Shown one piece after another: positions 27,153 to 45,910 of a stretch of DNA of 64,000 bases. Under the pieces are notes generated by a model, which had not been told where the DNA came from, did not search any database, and worked only from the letters and a program-made list of their open reading frames with translations. The translations under genes and the position numbers were made by a program. Location: the NCBI GenBank assembly GCA_951406725.2, contig OX597833.1, positions 2,108,001 through 2,172,000 of the forward strand, read 5' to 3'. Position 1 is the first letter of the stretch. Every line of letters starts with the position of its first letter. The DNA comes from Octopus vulgaris. Taxonomy: Eukaryota.

Positions 27153-27475
27153 TATATATATATATATTCAAGCGTGTATGTATATCTATATAGCTATCTA
27201 CGTATACATGTATATGCGGGCGTATGTATGTGTATATCTAAATGCATTAATGTAAATCGTTTAACCGGTTTTAATATTAAGTCGCTCTTACATTCTTTCG
27301 ACAAGACAGATTAGAGGTTGGAGAAAAGAGTGAAGCTATTATTAATTAATCTTGCTCACGCTACGTTAAATGTTTAAGATGGAACACGACGTGCAGCCTC
27401 CATTACGGGAGAAAGATGTCGCAGTAGTAGGTGATGTTGTTCTATACTGTTCTCCGTTAAGCCTATCTATCTATC

Positions 27476-27524
<49 letters not shown>

Positions 27525-27525
27525 T

Positions 27526-28049
<524 letters not shown>

Positions 28050-28051
28050 CA

Positions 28052-28085
<34 letters not shown>

Positions 28086-28221
28086 AACCGATCTATCTAT
28101 CTATCTATCTGTCTATCTGTTTATCAATCAGGCAATGGCTGACCTGGTCGAAACTTCGAAGTCATTTTCAAAAACCATTATTGTTTAAGAATAATATGTA
28201 TATAAATATATAGCTACATAT

Positions 28222-29040
28222 ATAGATTTCTTTATTGGCTACGCAGGGCTGAACACATAAGGGACAAAATACAAAGTAGAGCTTTTCTTTTTGGGAAGAA
28301 GAGGGGAGGGGGAAGGGAAAGTCGAATTCCGATCAAAAGGGATCGGGAAAAGAAAAAAAAAGTGGAGCCGATCAATAGGGATCGTGTATCACAGAAATAT
28401 CAATGTAAAAAGGGAAAATACATTAGGTTTGTCCGTGAATAGAAAAGCCTACGGAAAAGACCACGGGAACCTTGGGCAATAGTGTTTGTTATTATTACGC
28501 AGATAGACAAATATGTTTCTTTATTAGCCAGACAGGGCTGCACACAGACGGGACAGATTATAAAGTAGCGCTGTTCTTTTTTGGGGAAAGAAAAAAAATA
28601 AGGTGGGGTAGGTTTTCGATCAAAAGAGATCGTAAAAGGGAAGAAGAAAAAATGGGGGGAAACGATCAATAGGGATTGTGTATCACAGTGTCATGATATA
28701 AAGGGGGAAGCAGATAAGGTTTATCAGTGGGAAGAAAAGCCTACGGAAAAGACCACGGTAACCTCGGTCAATATTGTTACATGTTACCACATTTGTTTGC
28801 AAGTAGGTAACCCTCTGTTTTCAATTTCCGGGTTCATAGGATTATGCTCAAGGTGGGTTCGTCATTCATACGTGCCATCATTGTTACATTCACCCACCTT
28901 TTTTAAAATCATTCGCTAGACAAAACTTGCCTCTCTACTCTCACTTTCCTTTTCAAGTGATACTTGAAGAAGTTGATGAGAGATTGACCAGAGAGGAAAG
29001 TGTTTGTCTCCAATCCTTTCAGAGGCGTCCACCAGATACA
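28222..29040 (-). mobile_element. Tx1/L1-type LINE 3' end with a second 3' UTR copy in tandem
   Basis: CIWWTPLKG..LSGQSLINFFKYHLKRKVRVERQVLS..KRWV resembles a Tx1-type ORF2 C-terminus; UTR copies at ~28222-28480 and ~28500-28775, each ending AATAAAGAAA. Confidence 0.65.
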
Positions 29041-29096
29041 GATAGATAGAGACACATACACACACATATATACATACACACACACACACACACACA

Positions 29097-29127
<31 letters not shown>

Positions 29128-29170
29128 TATATATATAGAGGGCATTATTACACAAATTTTATCCTATTTT

Positions 29171-29239
<69 letters not shown>

Positions 29240-29734
29240 TGTGTGTGTGTAAAATTAAGTATGAAATCAAGGAAATTAGTTATTTAGTCGGGTCTGAGCA
29301 CTAATTAATAGTTTGTGTCTATCACACACAAACACACGCACATAGACACTCACACACACACACACAAACACGCGCGCACGCATTCACACTCCCGTGTGGA
29401 GTCATTACTGATTAACACCTTAACTTATCGCCGCCTTTTATAAAACGGGCAACAAGTTTCCTAGAACTGGTGTTTTTCCAGCTCAGCAACAGATATAAGA
29501 TTTCGTCCTAATTACTATTTACGTTCTTTTCGTTAATACGTAATTTTAATTTATTACAAGACTCTCCTTATTCACTTAATTAATTTTGGGATTTGCATTT
29601 TGCAATTAATATAGCTTCCATCAAGAATCTAATTTCTAGAAATCCACCAAAGGTATTCCGTATAAGAGTCCAGGTGCGTAATAATCTAATTATGGGAAGA
29701 AATTGTATACTTCGTTTGTCACTGAATCTTTCCA

Positions 29735-29915
29735 TCCATCTTTTGCTCCTACTTTGCGTGGGAGGGTCGTGGGTGGAAGATTCCTCAGGCACTTCCTCCT
29801 CCATAGGATCTTATCAGAAATAACCGGCATTACGTTTTCCGGTTGATTTCCCAGGCCGGACCAAATGAGACTGTAGATATTATCCAACCATCTTGGTCTT
29901 TATCTTCTCCCTATA
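29735..29915 (-). mobile_element. RTE-type LINE 3' fragment
   Basis: RPRWLDNIYSLIWSGLGNQPENVMPVISDKILWRR..LPP followed by GATGGATGG. Confidence 0.65.
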
Positions 29916-29925
29916 AGTTATGACG

Positions 29926-30075
29926 TGGAGGCACATGGCCAAGTGGTTAGAGCAGCGGATTCGCGGTCGAGGGATCGCAGGTTCGAATCTCAGACCGGGC
30001 GGTGTGTGTGTTCATGAGCGAAACACCTAAGCTCCGCGTGGCTCCGATAGAAGGTAATGGCGAACATCTGCTGAC
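29926..30075 (+). mobile_element. SINE family C-related head
   Basis: GTGGAGGCACATGGCCAAGTGGTTAGAGCAGCGG..GGTTCGAATCTC. Confidence 0.75.
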
Positions 30076-30121
30076 AATACATACATACATACATACATAC
30101 ATACATACATACATACATACA

Positions 30122-30155
<34 letters not shown>

Positions 30156-30252
30156 AATATATCACCTAAAACCAGACTGGATTATTTTATGCGCAACTCC
30201 ATTGTCACCCGAGATAGAACAAAAACAACATATATATATATATATATAAATG

Positions 30253-30310
<58 letters not shown>

Positions 30311-30420
30311 CGTTTAAATATTTGTTGTGCAAGATTTTTTATGTATATAAATATATATATATGTATATATATATCGATATAGATATAGATATAGATGTAT
30401 ATATAATATAATATAATATA

Positions 30421-30470
<50 letters not shown>

Positions 30471-30864
30471 CAAACCCAGGCATACTCAGACACACACACA
30501 CACACACACACACATTCAGACGGCTGGCTAATTACTTGGCATGTTCGCCATCTGCAATCGCCAGCTGAGAATGGGATAAACACGTCAACATATATATATT
30601 AATATCGTCCATTATTGACAAAACCAGAAATATGTTTTCTCGCATTGTGACTGAAAATTACTCGAGGACAAAATGTAGCAGCTAAAAGTACAGGAGATAA
30701 TGATCGCATGATGGGAGTTAAGAAGCACGTGCGATCAACGGTTCCCATCGACAGCCAATAAATGCATGTGCGTGCGTGCCTGCGTGTGTGTGTGTGTATG
30801 TATACAAGCGTATAAACACAAGATTATATACGCGCACATATGCATATATGTTTTTTTGGGTTTC

Positions 30865-30961
<97 letters not shown>

Positions 30962-31123
30962 ATATATATATATATATACACACAGACAGAGTGAAAGAGA
31001 GACAGAAGGAAAGAAAGAGCGAGGTATGTTGATATATTTGCGTATAATTATATATGAATGTGCGTGTACACTTTACATATATATATATGTATGTATATAT
31101 ACTACTACTACTACTACTACTAC

Positions 31124-31194
<71 letters not shown>

Positions 31195-31585
31195 GGGAAT
31201 ATCATTCCAAACTTACAAGGAAAAATTCAATTTAGATAAACTAAATCAAATTAAAGATGGGTTAGAGTATCTTCTTCTTCTTCTTCTTCATCTACCTCGT
31301 CCTCTTCTACCCCTTCTTCTTCTTCTTTGAATATATATGTATATATATATGTATATTCTTTTATTCTTTTATTTTTACTTGTTTCAGTCATTTGACTGCG
31401 GCCAAGCACTGCTTTTAGTCGAAAAAAAAAATCGACCCCAGGACTTATTCTTTGTTAGCCTAGTACTTATTGTATCGATTTCTTAGCCGAACCGCTACCT
31501 TGTGAGTTACCGTGCCTTTACTTTACATTGCTTTGGCCTTAACCGCGATCTTTTATACAATATATATATATATATAGAGAGAGAG

Positions 31586-31646
<61 letters not shown>

Positions 31647-31922
31647 TAGATATAGATATATATATATATGGGTGTGTGTGATTGTGTATAGAAGAATATA
31701 TTAATAAAAGGAATTCCAACCTTGTCTGATTTTCACGTTTTATTTACAATCTTATAATGATATAATATAAGATAATATATTAAAATAAAATAATATAATA
31801 GAATGTTAAATGTTCATTCTGATTGAACTAGTACTTTCATGCCTTAAATTATGCAATCTTCAGGTTCATGTAGTAGTGGTGACAGTCATGCTTCACAATT
31901 TTTGACTATATATATATATACT

Positions 31923-32001
<79 letters not shown>

Positions 32002-32731
32002 CAATGAGAAGAAGAAGAAGAAGAAGAAGAAGAAGAAGAAGAAGAAGAAGAAGAAGAAGAAGAAGAAGAAGAAGAAGAAGAAGATGAAGAAGAAGAATCT
32101 TTAACACATCTTTAATCATAGGTTACAACTGTACCATCTCCATTTGCAACGCGAAAATTTTAAGCGAAAAATCACGAAATATTTGCGGTGTTAGACATTG
32201 GAGAGGAGGCACAATGTAACACCCCACTTCTGACGCCAGTCTGATCAAGTGCCTCTCCAATGTCCAAAACCGCAAATAGAACTTTTTAGTGTCTGGCAGT
32301 GAGACTACTTTGTCTGGTTATAGTTTTAATTGCCCTATCAAAGATATAACAGAATTACATAACACGGAGCTATACACAAGAATATATTTATCTAAGCGAT
32401 AAAGAGCGGGAAGGACTACGGTGGGAATCCGTGGATGTAGGAGGTCTTGGATACATATTTATATATATATATATATATAGGAAGATGTAAGCCGACGCAT
32501 GCGCAAACACAGAAACACGTGCGCAGAGAGTCGTATAGGTATGGATATAGTCTGAATATATTTCGTTAATTGCATTTTATTTTCGTGCGAACTCAAACGA
32601 TGAACCAGTCAATCGCAAATTCATTAACACGTTCGCACACACAGACACACAAACATATACACACAGACACATACACACAGATATATATATATATACTCAT
32701 AGACGCAGATATATATACTCATCGATATATT

Positions 32732-32769
<38 letters not shown>

Positions 32770-32989
32770 CATATATATACACATATATACACACACATAC
32801 ATATATATATATTTATATATATTTATATGTATATATATATATTATATGGTTGTATATATATATATATATATAGATAGATAGATAGATACATGGTTATACG
32901 AGTAAGTATATATATGCATATAAATAAATGCCTACATATATATGCGTAAATATGCATTTATGTACATGTGTATATACATATATGCATGT

Positions 32990-33112
<123 letters not shown>

Positions 33113-33544
33113 CATACATACACATTCACAACCATACATACATATACATGCACACACGCTCACATCCACGCACACACACACACGTATGTACGTGTATAAA
33201 TTCGGCATTATAAATTCATACGCACGTGCACAGTGTCTCTACCTCTGTATACGTTCATGTGTGCGTGCATGCGTGTAAACGCCTGGGTGTGCCGGAACGT
33301 GAGTATACATGTGCCATACACAAGTATACGTCGATCGTCCATGCTGCAGACACAGTCCAACAGATTTGCGGCCATTAAACAAGCTCATCGTTACTCCGGA
33401 CGTGACTTTGGTGAGAATTATACCAACCAACCAACCAACCAACCAACCAACCAACCAACCAACCAGCCAGCCAGCAAGATCGTTTAGTTACGGTTGTGTT
33501 TGTGTTTGTCAATATCTTCCCTGTGGCAGCTGTTGTATTGCCTT

Positions 33545-34200
<656 letters not shown>

Positions 34201-34478
34201 AGAGAGAGAGAGAGTGATATGGGATATTACAACAACATTGTTTATTTAAAACCACTTCACTGCAAGAGATAGCATCAAGCACCCAATACATGTTAACGAG
34301 ATTTTGCATAGTGTTCAACAAAGCTTTTATCCGAATCTTAATCGTATTTAAGTAGTGTGTGTTTGCGTGTGAGTGTGTTAATGTGTTTGTATATTTATAC
34401 AGAATATACACACATATATATATATATATATTTATACAGAATATATATATATATATACAGAATATATATATGTATATA

Positions 34479-34535
<57 letters not shown>

Positions 34536-34544
34536 ATATAGTTA

Positions 34545-34760
34545 ATTCAAACATGAAAACCCAAAGAGAAAACACTACGCGAGGACGTGGAACAAGTATA
34601 GTGTTATTGGACGCTCAGGAAAGGAAAGAAAGAAGGAGGGTCTAATGTTACGGGCGGAGCTCTTCGTCAGAAACATAGGAAACATAGGAAAAGGAACGTT
34701 CCAAGAAGGGAAGACGGAGGAAAAAATCGCCAACGGTACACGCGCGGTCACATTTTGAAT
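34545..34760 (-). mobile_element. Family H3 hammerhead-bearing short element (degenerate copy)
   Basis: Minus strand GTTTCTGACGAAGAGCTCCGCCCGTAACATTAGAC; inverted partner at 35190-35400. Confidence 0.7.
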
Positions 34761-34920
34761 GACCGATATATGCATATATGTGTACAGGACGTCACCAACA
34801 GTAAACAACATGAAATATGAAAACAAATGAGTTAAATACGGAAATAACAAGAGAAAAAAAGGATAAGTAATACAAAGGATGATCCTTCATCAGTTGTCGG
34901 CTGTTCATCTAGCCTCCATT

Positions 34921-34973
<53 letters not shown>

Positions 34974-35264
34974 TTTGTATACTTTGTTAAAAGCAGCAGA
35001 AATATTACAAAACTGTTACTCAGAGTTTCTACCTTTGGTATTTGTGTACTCGAAGCTCTGAGTAACAGTTTTTGTGATAATATTTCTGCTGCTTTTAATA
35101 AAGCATATTACTCTACCTTTGCTGTTTGAGTACTCTTACTTTTCACCTTGTTTCGCATTTATGTGCTTACCCAGGTATATATATATTCAATATGAGACCA
35201 CGTGTGTATCGTTGGCAATTTTTTTTCCTCCGTCTTCATTTCTTTGGACCTTTCCTTTTCCTAT

Positions 35265-35299
35265 GTTTCTGACGAAGAGCTCCGCTCGAAACGTTAAAT
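35265..35299 (+). ncRNA. Minimal type I hammerhead ribozyme motif (family H3)
   Basis: GUUU CUGACGA A GAGC-UCC-GCUC GAAAC GUU AAAU: canonical core, 4-bp stem II, palindromic AACGUU stem III, weak stem I. Confidence 0.65.
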
Positions 35300-35478
35300 C
35301 CTCCTTTCTTTCCTTTCCCGAGTGTCCAATAACACTATACTTGTTCCATGCCCTCGCGTTGTAGCGTTTTCTTTTTATGTTTTCATGTTTGGATTAACTT
35401 TATATATATATATATATATATGATAGATCGTTAGCTCCTACACGCATGTTTTTTCTCTCCTTGTTATTTTTCTGTGTA

Positions 35479-35516
35479 TCTTTCTGTCGAAGAGCGTAGG
35501 CTCGAAACGTAAAAGA
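35479..35516 (+). ncRNA. Minimal hammerhead-like motif with CUGUCGA core (family H2)
   Basis: UCUUU CUGUCGA A GAGC-GUAG-GCUC GAAAC GUA AAAGA; stem I UCUUU/AAAGA. Confidence 0.55.
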
Positions 35517-35695
35517 CTTTTTCTATTCCTGAGCTCTATACTAATACAATTGTTTGTTTGTACTCCACCTGTCTTCGTCTTTTGTTTATTTTCGTAAACT
35601 TTCCCTTTACATATACATATATATATATACACATATTTTTTTCTCTCCACATTTTTTTTCTCTCCTTGTTTCTCTCCGTGTTTCTTTTCTGTGTA

Positions 35696-35733
35696 TCTTT
35701 CTGTTGAAGAGCGTAGGCTCGAAACGTAAAAGA
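35696..35733 (+). ncRNA. Minimal hammerhead-like motif with CUGUUGA core (family H2, tandem copy)
   Basis: Same fold, 217 bp downstream of the previous motif. Confidence 0.55.
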
Positions 35734-35830
35734 CTTGTTCTATTTATATTCCTGAGCGCCATACTAATACAATTGTTTGTTTGTATTCCACCTGCCTTCG
35801 TCTTTTGTTTATTTTCATAAAGCTTCCCGT

Positions 35831-35864
<34 letters not shown>

Positions 35865-36254
35865 TACATTGATGTACGTATGCATATGCATAGTTTATGC
35901 AATGTGTGAGTGTGTTGAGAGACATAATCTTCGGTGTTAGGAATCAGCTGGATGTTCCTGATCTGTCGGTTTCGTTCACAAATGTGTTTATAAATATTTA
36001 AATGGCCGCACATCGTTTCCGTTAAACTTGATGTAAAGTTACATGTCTTACTTACTTCGACGTTGAAGGATCGGTCACAAGTCAAGGAAGCTACACCGCG
36101 TGAAACTCATGCCCACGCACACACACACACACACACACACACGCACGCACGCACAGGTATATGTAACAATTTATATATGAGAGTTTATGCATCTTTATAT
36201 GTAGGCTTGTACTTGTATGTACTTGGATATACATACACACTTATATATATTTAA

Positions 36255-36289
<35 letters not shown>

Positions 36290-36620
36290 CCTATATATAT
36301 ATACGAAAAGAAGATGGAGATTTACAATTCACAAATATTATATTCTTCTCCTTCTTCTTCTTCTTCTTCTTCTTCTTCTTCTTCTTCTTCTTCTTCTTCT
36401 TCTTCTTCTTCTGTGTGTGTGTGTGTGTGTGTGTATTCTTTTAATCTTTTCATTGTGTCAGTCATTTTCAGTGTGGCCACGCTGGAGCAGCACCTTTTTA
36501 GCCGAAGAAATCCACCTCTGGACTTATTCTTTGTAACCTTGTGCTTTTAATAGATATATTATAATAATAATAATAAGAAGAAGAAGAAGAAGAAGAATTA
36601 TAATAATAATAATAATAATA

Positions 36621-36680
<60 letters not shown>

Positions 36681-37394
36681 AAATACAATAAAATATATCT
36701 ACAAATATTATAATCCTACAAATTGTTTATATTCAGACCCTATAAAGTAGATCGTTTTCCTTGTGTTGGATTTGAATTTATATACACACATGTCTTCTTG
36801 TTATATGTTTTGATGAGAAGAGACTATTTTGGATATGAAAGAGTTCCAATTACTATGTGTTTGAGATGTAATGAAATAAATTTCGATGGTTGTGGATTGC
36901 ACTTACTAGGTTGTATCGTCCGTTAAAGTATTTTTGTTGTTTTTAATTGTAATTGATGTATGATTCAATAATTAACTCTCACGCTCCTAACACAGACATT
37001 TGGATTAATTTTTATAATCTAGCCGTCATTTGACACGGAATTTCGTCTTTTTCTAAACCCAAGACACTGAAGTAACTTTATATATAATGGAACTGTGATT
37101 ATGTATATCAGAAAAAAAAATATATATGTATATAAGTGGAAACAATTTCATGACCTTTTATGGTTTTTATAATTATATAAGTTATATAATATTATGCTAT
37201 GTTATATATTATATTCGTAGTATTTTATATTATATTGTAATATAAATAAATTATTGAATGTCAATAGAATATCTCTAAATTAAATTTATCTTTATAATCG
37301 AATTATACCAATATTTATATGGTATCCAACTGATGTACCAGTGAATTGGATGTTTAACACACCCCCTTGAAGGATCTTTTTTCCTCAGTTTGTT

Positions 37395-37449
<55 letters not shown>

Positions 37450-37453
37450 TTTA

Positions 37454-37590
37454 AAAGCAGCAGAAAATTCAACAAAACCTGTTACTCTGAGTTTCACGTT
37501 GCCGTTCGTCGGACAGTTTAGCAAAAACTGTCCGACGAACGGTAACGTGAAACTCAGAGTAACAGGTTTTGTTGAATTTTCTGCTGCTTT
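37454..37590. repeat. 66-bp-arm inverted repeat carrying a hammerhead-like fold on each strand (family H4)
   Basis: Arms 37454-37519 and 37525-37590, loop AGCAA, one mismatch; the element spans ~37447-37670 in (TA)n. Confidence 0.9.
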
Positions 37591-37667
37591 AAATAAAGCA
37601 TATTACTCTACCACTGGTATTTGAGTACTCTTTTTTCCACCTTGTTTCACATTTATGTGTTTACTCC

Positions 37668-40196
<2,529 letters not shown>

Positions 40197-40602
40197 TATA
40201 TTATATTATATTAAATTAGAGATAAAACCACTATTAGGCAAATCATACAATGAAAAACTTAAGCCAAAACATAAGATTAATTAATTTATATTATTTTAAA
40301 TATATATCAAAATTATTAAAAAATGATAATTAGTATAACACTACGATCGTTTCATGGCTGTCCAATTCGTATATATACATACATATATATATACACACTT
40401 CATTTAAGAAGGCAACCAATGGTTTCATGCGAGGAAAATTTTCACAGTTGTTCAAGTGAGCCACACGAAAGTGTTAGTGCTCATCTGCTTCTGGAGACGA
40501 GAACCAACATTTCCATGTTGTCTTGTTAAGCAGCAAATAAAGAATATTCATTTAAAATTTCAGTGTCGAACACTCCTTCTCACTGTTCGGTATGGGTGTA
40601 CA

Positions 40603-40662
<60 letters not shown>

Positions 40663-40896
40663 TGTATGTATGTATGTATGTATGTATGTATGTATGTATG
40701 TATGTGTGTGTGTGCTTGCGTGTGTGTGTGTGTGTGTTTGTGCTTCTGTGAGTGTGCATATGTATATATGTATGTATACATCTTTCAAGATTCATCATTA
40801 CTGCAACAATAAAACCGACCATTGATGTGGTGGCTTTCACTAATGACGAAGCTTGATTTGTTGATCTTTATGCCATGTGCATTGGTAACAAATCCT

Positions 40897-40953
<57 letters not shown>

Positions 40954-41591
40954 TTCTCTCTCTCGTTGTTGCTCTCTGAGAATTATGGATTCATTCGTTA
41001 AGAATACTAATACTACAGCGTTTCAGGATAACATTCATAAGTTCATAAAGTGTACATATATATTAGTTTTGTTTAAATACCTAGATAGTTATAAATAATC
41101 ATTTCATAACACGATATCGCAGAGAAAATTATTTTTTAATTTTTTCATAGCCCACCGAAAATCAGTTACAAATATCTCGACCTGTCATACATCCGCCATT
41201 GGAGCGTTCCTAGAAAGAAGACGACCAACCGATAATGGATCTGTTGGCTATCACTAATAACCGAACTTAATGTGTGGGTATTTGGATAGGAGAAAGATAG
41301 AAAGATGTGGGAGAGGTGGAGGAAGAGAAAGGCTCTTTTTCTGAATCGGTTCAGATTTCCTGTAACAGTTTATCATTCCGACATATTGCAGTAAACATAG
41401 CAGAGATGATGCGAAAAGATGCCAGCCGACCGTGAAAAAGTTATTGGCATGGAGGGGTGTCCGGTTTCAGCAATGCCACTCACACTTACATACAAAATTA
41501 CACACGCATGCGCATCTACGAGTATGTATGTACGCCAACGTATGGATATATATATATATATATATATGTATACACACACACACACATACAC

Positions 41592-41624
<33 letters not shown>

Positions 41625-41652
41625 AACATATATATATACACACATATACATA

Positions 41653-41699
<47 letters not shown>

Positions 41700-41716
41700 T
41701 ATATATATATACTATA

Positions 41717-42182
<466 letters not shown>

Positions 42183-42205
42183 AATATATGCATAAATATA
42201 TATAT

Positions 42206-42311
<106 letters not shown>

Positions 42312-42371
42312 CCGGGTTGATTCGGGGTTAACCACAGTAAATAAGGTACTCAATACATAGCATAGTAAAAT

Positions 42372-42541
<170 letters not shown>

Positions 42542-42574
42542 TGTATATATATGTATATATATATATATATATAT

Positions 42575-42605
<31 letters not shown>

Positions 42606-42611
42606 TATCTG

Positions 42612-42734
<123 letters not shown>

Positions 42735-42946
42735 ATATATGTATATATATATACGTATATCAAACATAGACACACGTGTCCGTGTGAGAATTCAGTAAGT
42801 GGAGAAGCTGTTTTCCCCCTCCTCCGTCTGCTCGCCTGTCAGACAGTCAGACCGGCAGGCTATGGTTTAATCTACGTGGATTACTTAAATATGAAGTTTA
42901 TAAATATTTAAATAAACACACACCGCTTCTCTAGCAAAGAGAAAAA

Positions 42947-42988
<42 letters not shown>

Positions 42989-43063
42989 GATGCCGAACCA
43001 TATGTCGTGTTTATTTTTACGATCAATGAAAGGCGAAGAGTTTACAAGGCAAGATGGTAATGA

Positions 43064-43116
<53 letters not shown>

Positions 43117-43139
43117 CATAATAATAATACTAATAATAA

Positions 43140-43630
43140 CATGTACATTGTTTTGTCTTGGTATAAAAGATGGGCTACAGCAAATATTCTGCTCAATACC
43201 ACAGATTTGCTTGTCAGTTGTTTGACCTTAACCAGTTGAGCATGTCCCTTAGTGGCTGACGATATGTGCATCTCTGATCACGAGCAGAAGTAGTGGGGGA
43301 GCATCATAGCCATGTGTTGAGAGGGATTCTTTGGGGTTTGGATAATTCACCTCTGGAAACATGGGTGGTTCTTTCAACATCCTTAAACAACCCTTATTCA
43401 GGGACCTTTTGAGCGGGATGGGCTACTCAACCTGAAGAAAATTCTAACTGGGCCCCACCTGCAAGGTCATGTGCTGCTTATCTTGATATGAGATCACCAT
43501 GTCGCGCACATATGGTTGTGATGCATGTGCCTGGTGTACCCTTATCAGACGGGTAGTCATGATGGGTATATTGGGCTTCGTATATTTTACCCCAGTGTCA
43601 CTTTGATGGCATGCACTGCTCTCTCACTCA
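43140..43630 (+). mobile_element. Unclassified ~490-bp element bounded by (TAA)n on both sides
   Basis: Relatively GC-rich block ending CTCTCTCACTC(AAT)n; no recognisable ORF. Confidence 0.5.
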
Positions 43631-43645
43631 ATAATAATAATAATG

Positions 43646-43680
<35 letters not shown>

Positions 43681-43693
43681 AATAATGATGATA

Positions 43694-43764
<71 letters not shown>

Positions 43765-43779
43765 AATAATAATAATAAT

Positions 43780-44221
<442 letters not shown>

Positions 44222-45463
44222 CCATTTTTGTAAAGGGTCAAGGCCTGAAATTTGCTGCTAGTCGATTACATCCACCCGAGTGTTTCACTGGTGCTTCATT
44301 TATCGACCCCGGAAGGTTAAAAAAAGAACGAAGTCGACCTCAGCGACATCTAAACTCAGAACGTAAAGACGGACGGAATAATGCATAGCATTTTGTCCGG
44401 CATGCTAAACATTCTAAACATTCTGCCGATTTGAAATCTTGGCACAAAGCCAGCAATTTCGGGGCAGGGAGTAAGTCGACTACATGGAGCCCAATATTCA
44501 ACTGGTACTTGTCTTTTCGACCCTGAAAGTATGTAAAGCGAAGTCGACCCCGGCGATATTTCAACTCAGAGCGAAAAGCAAGAAGAAATGTCGTTTAGCT
44601 TTCGTCCCTTCTGCTGATGACTCTGTCAGCTTTCCTTCTTACAATAATGATAATAATTCTTTCTAGTATAGGCACAAGAAATGGCAGCTTTGTTTTTAAA
44701 GGAGGACTATTTATTCTGTATCGGTTACGAAAATACGAAAAACAAATTGACCTAGGCGGAATTTGAACACAGAAATGATGCGATACCGGTAAGCATTTTG
44801 CCGAACACGCTAACTATTTTACCAGCTCGCCGCCATAGAAGGTCAATAATAACAACAACATAAATAAATAAATAGATAGAAAGATAAACAAATAAAGCAA
44901 ACCGTGGCTTAAGATATATCGATCAGTCTCACAGGGAATATGAGATACCCGGCCAAACAGATGACAGACAGACAGGTAGGCGGGCAGACAGGCTAAACGC
45001 TGAAATAAATAATTGATATATTTGTATAGAGACGGGCCGAGCAGATGAGAGCAATGAAAGCTTAGCCAGGTATAAGCGATCCGTCTGTAGAATACGATTA
45101 AAAATCAGTTTATTATATACATCTGATAATAAAGTATGTTTGTATCGACTATTTCCTTACACACACACACACGCATATGTATGTATGTATGTGTGTATGT
45201 GTGTATGTATGTATGTATGTATGTATGTATGTATGTATGTGTGTATGTATGTGTGTATTTATATATGCGTGTGTGTGCGTGTGTGTGTGTGTGTGTGTGT
45301 AAACAAATAAATATGTATATGGCTGTATGGTAAGAAGCTCGCTTCCCAATCACATGGTTCCGGGTTCGGTCCCACTGCATAGCACCTTGGGCTAGTTTCC
45401 TAAGCCTTGTGACTAGGTGAATAGATATATGATTGAGGGCAAGAAGACCATTGTGTGTGTGTG

Positions 45464-45504
<41 letters not shown>

Positions 45505-45818
45505 GTGTGTGTTATTGTGTCTTCGTTCGATCCCCACCGCCGCTTCACAACTGGTGCTGGTGTGTTTGCATCACCTTAACTTAGCGTTAGGCAAAAGAGA
45601 CCGATAGAAAAAGTGCCAGGCATAGTTATATATATATATATATATATATAGCAACGAATTGCCTCACCACACACCGAATTTAGAAATAGCAGTCAAAGAG
45701 ATATAGCTATTCCTTCTACTAAAAGGGAGATCTCAGTAAAAACACAGCACTTGAAAGGCAAACACAGACAGGTAAGAGAGAATGAAATGACGGCAATCTA
45801 TCATACAATTTTAAGTCA

Positions 45819-45910
45819 CCTACGGACGTACGTTTCGAAATCAAGTTTTAGGAAAGCATAAGAATTAGAAAATTCTACCTTACACAAACTTCCTTTCTCA
45901 TCAGCGTAGG
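45819..45910 (-). ncRNA. Type I hammerhead ribozyme, canonical core, extended stem II
   Basis: Minus strand: CCUACG CUGAUGA GAAA..(long hairpin)..UUUC GAAAC GUAC GUC CGUAGG; stem I 6 bp, GUC cleavage triplet. Confidence 0.88.
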
